From Octopus sinensis (lineage: Eukaryota), in the NCBI RefSeq assembly GCF_006345805.1, contig NW_021835585.1, positions 1 through 26,892 of the forward strand: 26,892 nt of DNA. Direction: 5' to 3'. Below, one piece after another: positions 11,190 to 20,421 of the stretch. The notes under the pieces are model-generated. The model did no database searches, was not told the DNA's origin, and worked only from the letters and a program-made list of their open reading frames with translations. Position 1 is the first letter of the stretch. Each line of letters opens with the position of its first letter. Position numbers and translations under genes: made by a program.

Positions 11190-11378
11190 CGCTTAACCCC
11201 CTGTCTTGTCTACTGAAAAGAGACCTGTGAGTCGGTCCTTGACACACCAATATTAACTTGTAGCTAAATTTACACGAGCTAATGTATCCCCATTTTTGTA
11301 AGATGATGAGCTTGATTTAAGGAACATTTAACCGCTATTTCTAGCAGTTCGGACGACCACGTAGATAGTCACTCATTG
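11190..11378 (+). repeat. Old interspersed repeat (family D)
   Basis: Ends ATTTAACCGCTATTTCTAGCAGTTCGGACGACCACGTAGATAGTCACTCATTGA. Confidence 0.45.
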
Positions 11379-11417
11379 AATCGTATGTTGCGAGGTATTA
11401 CACACACACACCACACA

Positions 11418-11449
<32 letters not shown>

Positions 11450-11559
11450 TATATTCATACATGTTCATACGTAGTGGTGGATAAATACATACAAACATGC
11501 ACACATGCGCGCGCAGTAGTACATATATATACACATGGGATTCAAGAAAGGAGGAGAGG

Positions 11560-11760
11560 TCCTTCCCAAACCATAGGCTTATAAGCCGGTTCCCCGGATT
11601 CTGTGGGGTATCTATGCCACCCACCCTGCTGGGTAGGTTGAAGCAACGTGACATGAAGTGTTTTGTCCAAGAGCACAACGCAATCCCTGGTTCAGGAACC
11701 GAAACCACTATCTGACGATCTTGTGTGCAGCATCCTAACCACTAAGCCACGCACCTCCAC
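11560..11760 (-). mobile_element. tRNA-derived SINE, family C
   Basis: The minus strand reads GTGGAGGTGCGTGGCTTAGTGGTTAGG (A box)...GGTTTCGGTTCC (B box)...GTGCTCTTGGACAAAACACTTCA. It is homologous to 13905-14193. The 3' boundary is approximate. Confidence 0.75.
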
Positions 11761-11869
11761 CCTACAAGGGATTAGGCAAGAACATACGGATATGTAGTTC
11801 ACATCGCAATCGCGGTGGTCGGGATAAGCCGCCACCCTCTGTGGAATCTTCTGCTAAATCCTTGTGAAT

Positions 11870-12060
11870 GAGACCGGACAAGCGGAAACTCCACGGAAGC
11901 CCACCATTTGCTGGAAAGCGTTTGTTCTTTAATGATGGGAGACTTCATCCACCACCACCATCACAACCACTGGCTGGTTCTGGATGACTTCGGCGAAGTA
12001 CTGCTGTACGCTTTTGGACGAGGTTTCTGCTTTCAGAATAAAGGTCATAGACTCTACACT
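11870..12060 (+). pseudogene. Possible decayed LINE apurinic endonuclease (APE) fragment
   Basis: One + frame reads GNSTEAHHLLESVCSLMMGDFIHHHHHNHWLVLDDFGEVLLYAF, which resembles the LxxGDFNxHHxxW...GxxLLxF motif of LINE APE domains. There are stops on both sides and the match is short. Confidence 0.35.
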
Positions 12061-12519
12061 TAGTCCTCTGCTATAAACGTGAAAAAAAAAACAAGCTAAT
12101 AAATATACGAATAAATAAATAAATAAATAAACATGGCTACCCACTGACATATTTGTATAGTAAAAGAGAATTCACTCTGAGCGAAGATCTTCTCAATTTC
12201 ATACCACTGTAAGATAGAGAAAGTTAAAACGGAAATAGGTGAAAAGAAATGGCCACTTATTCGTCAGCCACTGTTGGATAATAATAACAAGTCAATTATG
12301 GAAAAAGAAAAATGAAAAACGGTTTGAGGTGAAAAACGGGAAAAATAGTAAAATAAAAAATATAATAAATAAATAAACCCTAATCCGGTTTAGGTCCCCT
12401 TGCGTGCCTTTATCTTGCTGTAATATAGATATTAGCTGTAAAAGATCGTCGACAAATGAACCGATAACACATCTCAGCTCGTTCACGTTTGATTCCGCCG
12501 AAGAATTATAGAGAGAGAG

Positions 12520-12555
12520 GAATCTAGAGAGAATGAATATATAATATATATATAT

Positions 12556-12589
<34 letters not shown>

Positions 12590-12690
12590 GGAAGAGAGAG
12601 AGAGAGAGAGAAAGAGAGAAAGAGTTAATATTTTTGTATGTAGTTATGCATCTATGTATCTATGTATGCACATGCGTACAGATATATGCG

Positions 12691-12721
<31 letters not shown>

Positions 12722-13250
12722 ATATATATATATACATATATATCTGCATATAAATACATATATATACACATATATCTGTACCTGTAATATATGTATGTAT
12801 ATATATATATTGTATATATATATATATATATTATATATATACATATATATACATATATATAATATGATACATACATACGAGCGCACACTTGTGTGTGTAT
12901 GTGTATTTCAGTGAGTGTGTGTGTGGCCTTCTTTTAACAAAACGTTAAGATAGTTGCGAAAGAGGTATTTAAAAAGGGTTGAAGAGGAAGAAGAAGAAGA
13001 AGAAGAAGAAAGAATAAGAAGAAGAAGAAAAAGAAGAGAAAAAGAAGGAGGAGGAGGAGGTGCGGAGATGATTATGATGAAGAAATTTTAGCGTCGGTCA
13101 TAATAATAATAATAATAATAATTTGGACCCATTTTCTTATATATATATTGTTTCTGTTGTTCTAATTTCAGTTGCTTTTGTCCGTTGTTGTTATTGTTGT
13201 TGTTGCTGTTGTTGCTGTTGAGGCTGCTGTGTGTGTGTTGTTGTTGTTGT
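12520..13250. repeat. Cluster of (TA)n, (GA)n, (TG)n, (GAA)n, (AAT)n and (GTT)n microsatellites
   Basis: Read directly from the sequence. Confidence 0.9.
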
Positions 13251-13499
13251 AGGTTATTTCCTTATTTTATCGCTATAACGCGATATTAGTTTTAAGCTCA
13301 CTGAATGCTAAAACGGAAATATGAAAAATTTTCTCTCCATCACGTTTGAAATACTTCAGACACTGCCTCTTACACACACATACACCACACACACACACAC
13401 ACACCACACACACACTATGCCCCTCAAACATACCCATACATGCACAAATTCACATATTCTCATACACATTTACACACATGTAAAAAATAACACTGATAC

Positions 13500-13506
13500 T
13501 GCTGCT

Positions 13507-13561
<55 letters not shown>

Positions 13562-13655
13562 GTGATTATGATGATGCTGATGATGATGATGATCATGATG
13601 GTGATTATGATGATGCTGATTATGATGATGCTGATGATGATGATGATGATGGTGG
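13500..13655. repeat. (GCT)n(GAT)n array with repeated GATTATGATGATGCT units
   Basis: Read directly from the sequence. Confidence 0.95.
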
Positions 13656-13904
13656 TGTTTTTTCTTTTACAAGGATCGTGGACGGTGCAAGACGACTCAA
13701 TGTGGAATTACATGCAGGACATGTAAAGAGAAATGGCATAAAAGCTAAATAAATAAATAAATATAAATTCCCCCAAATTGGGGACACGTCCGTGGGGTAC
13801 CCAACAAAAGTAGTAGTCACCCTGACCACTAAAGTCCCTTCCTTAACTGTCCTTTTCCAATCTAGATGTTCATGTTCAGAGCAGGACCATGCATTCAGAC
13901 CTTG

Positions 13905-14193
13905 GGAAAGGAAGTAAAGGCAAAGTTAACTTTCCGAGTCATCACGACTCATAACTTTTCGAGTCATGACGACTCATAAGAGCCTGTTTCCTTGTTTCAG
14001 TGGCATATATGTTCTCCACCGGGACGGGACGCCGGCCCTTTGCAGGATTACTCATTTTTGCCAGCTGAATGGACTGCGGTAACGTGAAATGAAGTGTTTT
14101 GATCAAGAGTACAACGCGTCACCCGATCCAGGAATCGAAACCAAATCTTACGATCATGAGTCCGACACGTAACCACTAAGCCAGGTGTCTCCA
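13905..14193 (-). mobile_element. Full-length SINE, family C, with 13-bp TSD
   Basis: TSD CATTCAGACCTTG at 13892-13904 and 14194-14206. The minus strand has GGCTTAGTGGTTA (A box), GGTTTCGATTCC (B box) and a 3' GAGTC-N5-GACTC stem-loop. Confidence 0.88.
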
Positions 14194-14490
14194 CATTCAG
14201 ACCTTGCTGCTACTCTCATCCGCTTTTCAACAAATTTGTAAGGAGGCAACACTTTCATCGCCACCCTCACTTTCTTTTATAAGAGTGACTTGAAAAATTT
14301 GTTGGTCAACGAGGGAGGTATACGTCTTTAACCTTTTAAATCTCGTCAACTCCCAAACCCCTTTGGCCAAAGGTGATGATGAGAATATAAACCCTGATAA
14401 GCTAGCGACTTATCCCGATTATTAACATCTGTCGCCCCTCTGTTTCGGTGCAGCCACTTCATACACGGTGCCCAGTGCTCATCGTAAAAT

Positions 14491-14717
14491 TGGTTTCAAA
14501 TATTGGCACAAGGCCAGCAATTTTGAGGTGGGGCTGGGTGAGGGTGAAGCTGATTACATCGACCCCAGTGTTTAACTGGTTCATGTTTTGTCGACTCCGA
14601 AAAGATCAAAGGCAAAGCCGACCCGGGTGGCATTTGAACTCACACTGCAAAGACGGACGAAATGCCACTAAGCTTTTTTTTTGTCCACGTCCTTACCGGT
14701 TCTGCCAGTTCGCCACC
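14491..14717 (-). mobile_element. Full-length diverged SINE, family A (tail type 2)
   Basis: The minus strand reads GGTGGCGAACTGGCAGAACCG...GAGTTCAAATGCC...GGCTTTGCCTTTGATCTTTTCGGAGTCGACAAAAC...GGCCTTGTGCCAATATTTGAAACC. Confidence 0.85.
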
Positions 14718-14804
14718 CTCGTTCCCACTGTCACACTGATGAGTGTACATGTGTGTATGTGTACGTGTGGCTAACATTTGTATCTATGAGTGTGTGTGTG
14801 TGTT

Positions 14805-14835
<31 letters not shown>

Positions 14836-15065
14836 CTGTGTGTTTGTGTGTTTGTATGTGTGTACGTGTGTGTGTTTTAAAATTCGTGCTGAGATTTTAA
14901 GTACTGTTCGACAACTCATATCCTGTATTGAGTCCTCTATTCAGCAAACGCTCTGTTATTCCAAACCTCGCTTTAAAAGGATAATTTTAACATTTGTATG
15001 CGTGTATACATACACACACACTTATATGTATGTGCGTTCATATACATACATACATACATACATAA

Positions 15066-15077
15066 CACACACAACAC

Positions 15078-15138
<61 letters not shown>

Positions 15139-15296
15139 TTGTCGAATTTTGTATACGCCTGGTTTACGAATACATGCGTGAACAAGAGGTAAGGCTTGTG
15201 TGTTTGTACAAGTGTGTAAGTATATACGGGTGTAGAAGTGTATGTGTTTGTGACCCTTAATGTATGTATGTTTGCTTGTTCTGTGTCACATGCGCG

Positions 15297-15338
<42 letters not shown>

Positions 15339-15662
15339 GGAGAGAGAGAAGGAGAGAAAGAAAAAAAAGAAAGAAAGAAAGAAAGAAAGAAAGAGACAGT
15401 GTGTGCAATTCACGTGCAGCAGACAGAGTTCCAGCCGGGAATTATTACAAACGACATCTTTAGCTTTCAGGGATATTGTAGATGGCGCCTTCGAATGACT
15501 TACAATTGGGGCCTTAAATTATTCATAATTCTCGCCACTTAGAGGCTTTCCTTTATGTCCCTTCTCCTCCTCCTCCTCCTCTTCGAACGTCTGCCCGTCT
15601 CAAATACCTTTCTCGTACCAATAGCGAACGCCTGTCTATCCTTACAACACACACACACACAC

Positions 15663-15743
<81 letters not shown>

Positions 15744-16252
15744 TATATATGCTTGTCGAATTTTGTATACGCCTGGTTACGAATAATGCGTGAACAAGAG
15801 GTAAGGCTTGTGTTTTTGTACAAGTGTGTAAGTATATACGGGTGTAGAAGTGTATGTGTTTGTGACCCTTAATGTATGTATGTTTGCTTGTTCTGTGTCA
15901 CATGCGCGTGTGTGTGAGAGAGAGAGAGAAGAGAGAGAGAGAAAGAGAGGGAGAGAAGAGAGGAGAGAAAGAAAAAAAAGAAAGAAAGAAAGAAAGAAAG
16001 AAAGAGACAGTGTGTGCAATTCACGTGCAGCAGACAGAGTTCCAGCCGGGAATTATTACAAACGACATCTTTAGCTTTCAGGGATATTGTAGATGGCGCC
16101 TTCGAAGACTTACAATTGGGGCCTTAAATTATTCATATTTCTCGCCACTTAGAGGCTTTCTTTATGTCCTTCTCCTCCTCCTCCTCCTCCTCTTCGAACG
16201 TCTGCCCGTCTCAAATACCTTTCTCGTACCAATAGCGAACGCCTGTCTATCC

Positions 16253-16286
<34 letters not shown>

Positions 16287-16300
16287 ACACATATATATAT
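15066..16300. repeat. Tandem duplication of a ~614-bp unit (two copies)
   Basis: TGCTTGTCGAATTTTGTATACG starts at 15136 and again at 15750. The unique cores 15136-15645 and 15750-16257 are near-identical and are bounded by CA/TA microsatellites. Confidence 0.95.
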
Positions 16301-16752
16301 GGAAGGAAATAGAGAGTGAGAGAAAGAGAGGCAGTGTTGTGTATAAATATTTTGAAATAAATATATGCAAGCAAACAATTTAATATACTAGAAAACAACG
16401 TAGATTTTGCAGATATTTAATATTTAATAAAATATCTAATAAATTCTCTTGAAATTAGGCGCAAGATTTCGCATCAGCGAAATAAGGGTAACGCGATTTC
16501 CAAGTCCGGAGATCCAAACAGAAGGAAACTATCCTTAATCGAAAATAAATAGAAACGAAATTACAGTTCACGAATTATCAACAATAGATAACTGTTAATA
16601 ACAAACATTTAAAGCGCTCGAATTTTAAGAGGAAAGGCTTATAACTATTCTAATCCAGTTTATGATTGATGTAGAGTATTCATAGCCGAACAAGTTCAAA
16701 AAACTTCGTAGGAAATAGATCTACTGAGATATGTATGAACGCAGTTATAATC

Positions 16753-16943
16753 TTTTACTTGTTTCAGTCATTTGACTGCGGCCATGCTGGAGCACCGCCT
16801 TTACTCGAAGAAATGGACCCCACGACTTATTCTTTGTAAGCTTAGTTCTATAGATTTCTTGTGCCGAACTGCTAGGTTACGAGGACGTAAACACACTAAC
16901 ATCGGTTGTAAAGCAATGGTGGGGGAACAAACACAGACACACA

Positions 16944-16979
<36 letters not shown>

Positions 16980-17141
16980 CGACGGGCTTCTTTCAGTTTT
17001 CCTCTACCATATCCACTCACAAGGTTTTGGTCAGACCGAGGATATAGCAGAAGATAGTTGCCCAAAATGCCACGCAGTGGGACTGAACCCGGAACCATGT
17101 GGTTGGGAAGCAAGCTTCTTACCACACAGTAACGCCTGCGC
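16753..17141 (-). mobile_element. Full-length tRNA-derived SINE, family B, with internal microsatellite
   Basis: The minus strand reads GCGCAGGCGTTACTGTGTGGTAAG (A box), GGTTCCGGGTTCAGTCCC (B box), a CORE-like TTTGGGCAACTATCTTC, an internal (TA)n(TG)n and a 3' GCATGGCCGCAGTCAAATGACTGAAACAAGTAAAAG. Confidence 0.9.
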
Positions 17142-17182
17142 AAAACACAATCTACATTACTTATTATTATTTGCTGCTAGTT

Positions 17183-17332
17183 TTAGCGGCATTTCGTCCG
17201 TTTTTTCCTTCTGAGTTCAAATGCCGGAGAGGTCGACTTTGCCATGCATCTTTTCGGGGTCGATAACATAAATACGAGGACTGGAATCGATTTAATCATT
17301 CCCCCAATGACCTTGTGCCAAAATTTGAAACC
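17183..17332 (+). mobile_element. 5'-truncated SINE, family A (tail type 2)
   Basis: TTAGCGGCATTTCGTCCG...CTGAGTTCAAATGCC...GGTCGACTTTGCCATGCATCTTTTCGGGGTCGATAAC...CCTTGTGCCAAAATTTGAAACC. Confidence 0.85.
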
Positions 17333-18823
17333 TTTATTAAGTGCCAGCAAAGGCACAGTATTTTGCTTTGCAACCATGATACACTACAAAGAATATTAAT
17401 GGTTTACATGTCAACATTGTGCCTTACTTTTTGTGTTAGCAGTGCGACATTCTCGTTTTTAAGTTTAATCTCTACAGAAGTTCCATAGAATTCTGACGTA
17501 GCACTGAAAGTTAGGTCATTTCGTAACCGAAAACGTCTAAGTAAACAATGCCATTAAACAAAACATCTAATATCTTTCAGCAATGACCTGATATGACTGC
17601 GATCTCTAATGCTGAAACCGAACGAAAAACAGTGATAACATAAACCGAAATACGTTTAATCAAAGAAATATACAAACGAATAGTGTCGTCCTGGATTCTC
17701 TCAAATAACTGTAAATCATTAATATTTCTAACTTGCTCAACTTCTTTGGGAAAAGATTGCCAAATATCGTTAAATATACTAATTCTGTTCCGTAACACAT
17801 TCAATGATGCTAGTTCCTGATATACTTATCCTCTGTAAAGAGCACCCAGTATTACAAATGAATAACGAAGAATTCGTAGATACTAGTGTTACTCAAAAAT
17901 GTTTGTCTCTATACATTTAAGTATACTAATACAACCTCTCAACTACAATGTATTTTGTGACAGAGGATTTAAAAACTGTCTTAACTATATTCTTCCTGAT
18001 GAGCTAAGTGAAACATTGCACCAAATATTTAGAGAGTTTCTTAGATATTTTGCTTCATATAAAGAAATATATGTCATGTTGTTTCACAGTGTGTCTAAAA
18101 TGTATATACATGCCCACATCTGTTGTCTACCAAACGGCCACAATTCGTCCAAGATATTGAGATATTTTAATTAAATATTTATGAATCGAATAGTTGCAAT
18201 ATTGATTATATCATGAGATAGAAATAGAATATATGTGTGCGTATGTAATGTATGTATGCATATATAGTATACTTACATATTTTTATGGGCGGTGTTTGTG
18301 TGTGTCTGTACGCATGCGTAAGCATGTACGCTTATATGTTTCGGAACACATCGCTCCGTAGAGCCTTTCTAGTAGTCACGGTTTGCTCAATATTCTTAAA
18401 TAGAGTCACAATAACGTAATCTCCATAGCTTCTACTGCATCTACCCGAGATACACTAGGAAATATGGATGTTAAATTCAAAATAAATGCAATTATATACA
18501 TTCGTATATCGAATTGTAAAGAATTGTGAAAATATATATGCATTGGTTGCATTCTGTACTCTTGGTTAGAAGTCTCACTGACTCGAGACCGATTCATATT
18601 TCAAATAGAGGTGTGGAGGAAAATTTTTATATCATATATTGTTCAGATTGAACCATTATCACCGACCAAAATGGACAGGAAATAACGTACCAGATGCAGA
18701 ATTATGCCCGATAACACAACCAGTGTGTTTCTATCTGATGACTATTTCTTGGACAGGTGTAATAGACTTACAGTGAAAATGACAATTCATTCGTACGCAA
18801 ATACCAGAGTTAAAGTAATATGC

Positions 18824-18984
18824 TTTATTCAAGAGCAGCAAAAATATCACAAAAACTCTTACTCGGAGTTTCACGATCCCGTTCGTCTGAATGGCTTGTA
18901 GGAATTCTTATAAACTGTCCGACGAACGGGAACGTGAAACTCTGAGTAGCAGTTTTTGTGATATTGCTGCTGCTTTTAAATAAA
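18824..18984. repeat. 64-bp inverted repeat (56/64 identity, ungapped) with a 33-nt spacer
   Basis: The arms 18824-18887 and 18921-18984 were aligned by hand. Confidence 0.95.
18912..18955 (+). ncRNA. Candidate minimal type I hammerhead ribozyme
   Basis: Stem I AAACUGU/GCAGUUU, core CCGACGA (U4 to C), stem II ACG-GGAA-CGU, GAAA, stem III CUC-U-GAG and a GUA cleavage triplet (predicted cut after 18948). Confidence 0.65.
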
Positions 18985-18986
18985 TA

Positions 18987-19367
18987 TACTGGCGTAGTAG
19001 GTAAGTAGCTTGCTTACCAGCCACATGGCACATGCATGGAACCTTGGGCTAGTGTCTTCTACTAGAGCCTCGGGCCGACCAAAGCCTTGTGAGTGGATTT
19101 GGTAGACGGAAACTGAAAAAGCCCGTCGTATATATGTATATACATATGTGTGTGTGTATGTTTGTGTGTCTGTGTTTGTCCTCCTCCAACATCGTTTCAC
19201 AACCGATGCTGGTGTGTTTACGTCCCCGTAACTTAGCGGTTCAGCAAAAAAGACCGATAGAATAAGCACTAGGCTTACAAAGAATAAGTCCTGGGGGTCG
19301 ATTTGCTCGATTAAAGGCCGTGCTCTAGCATGGCCACAGTCAAATGACTGAAACAAGTAAAAGAGTC
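18987..19367 (+). mobile_element. SINE, family B, with the B-box region deleted
   Basis: Homologous to 16753-17141 in the opposite orientation: GGTAAGTAGCTTGCTTACCAGCCACATGG, ACCTTGGGCTAGTGTCTTC, the same internal TA/TG microsatellite and 3' GCATGGCCACAGTCAAATGACTGAAACAAGTAAAAG. Confidence 0.9.
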
Positions 19368-20191
19368 AAAGAGTATATATATATATACATATATTTCAAT
19401 GCCAATTTTCTGTAACATCTCACACTTTATCGTTTTTGTTTTTCCTTCGTTAATCCTGTTTTCCATTTGCCTTTCTTTTATAACTACGACTTGTGAAATA
19501 TTCATCATTTATTGTGTGTTTTGTCGTTAAATACATTTTTGTTACCAATTGAACAAATTATTTCATTATGTTTCGTCACGCCGTTGATGACATCCATAAG
19601 AGATTTAAACGTATATAATAAACAAACCTGATAAGTAGAAAGTTGCGTAGGCGAAGCGTGAATTCTTTCAAATGCTAATAAAGAATTTAACGATAACAAG
19701 TATTCAAAAAATAGCACAATTAAAAGACTTCGTTAACAAGAACAAATTCTCTAGAAAATAAAAGCGCTAAATGCAGTTTGGGAAACTGAACCCCAAAGAT
19801 CTTTTAGACAGGTATCCTGCTACCGGGATCAAAGGTACTAATATTCCGAAAGCATTCTAGATATAACTATTTGAATGTAAAAGGCAAAACAAAGGCGGAA
19901 AACATCACAATTGCACTAATAAGGAAGGATAAGTATAGCTGACAGAATAGACGGTGATTGGGTGCATTCGTTTTTTCTTTGAGCATCGGACTAATTACTT
20001 GCGGTGTTTAGCTATTTATAATATATATGTTAATTGACATTAGCTAACAATTGATTATATCGGTTGGGTTTACTGACTGAGTTCCCCCCACCCGTATGTG
20101 GATCCAAATCTTTCTACATGTGTGTATGCATATGTATAAATGTGTGTGTATGTGTGTGTGAGTGAGTGCATATATATTATATATATATATA

Positions 20192-20405
20192 TATAGGGAG
20201 AGTTTACGAAAAAGACGAAGACGAGTGGTGGAGAAATCAAAGAGATGTATTAGTATAACGCTTAGGAATAGAAAAAGTCTTTTACGTTTCGAGCCTACGC
20301 TCTTCTACAGAAAGGGACACAGAAAAAACAAGGAGAGAAAAAAGGAGAGAAGAAAAAAGGAGAGAAAAAATGTGTGTAGTGGCTAACGATCTATCATAGC
20401 GACTC
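20192..20405 (-). mobile_element. Probable Penelope-like pseudo-LTR remnant or non-autonomous element carrying a hammerhead motif
   Basis: A complex-sequence island after a (TA)n tract that contains the hammerhead-like motif at 20277-20314. The assignment to Penelope-like elements is inferred from the ribozyme type, and no RT or GIY-YIG sequence is visible. Confidence 0.4.
20279..20314 (-). ncRNA. Candidate minimal type I hammerhead ribozyme (variant core)
   Basis: The minus strand reads CUUU-CUGUAGA-A-GAGC-GUAG-GCUC-GAAA-C-GUA-AAAG: 4-bp stem I, 4-bp stem II, palindromic ACGU stem III and a GUA triplet. A6 is replaced by U. Confidence 0.55.
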
Positions 20406-20421
20406 ATGTAAATATAAATAT

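Noticed and set aside
15400-15560. Coding exon in the duplicated unit (DIVDGAFEDLQ)
   Set aside because: All frames stop within a few codons, and the two copies disagree in frame.
17994-18020. Hammerhead-like CTGATGA-GCTAAGT-GAAAC
   Set aside because: The core is canonical, but stem II is only 2 bp and no stem III/NUH triplet or stem I partner follows. It is likely a chance match.
18329-18365. Minus-strand GGAGC-GAUGU-GUUCC-GAAAC hairpin resembling a decayed hammerhead
   Set aside because: The CUGANGA box is missing (only CUAC) and the 15.2-16.2 pair fails. It is too degenerate to call.
19561-19605. Minus-strand CUUAUGGAU-GUCA...UGAC-GAAACAUA
   Set aside because: The core has two defects and there is no stem I complementarity.
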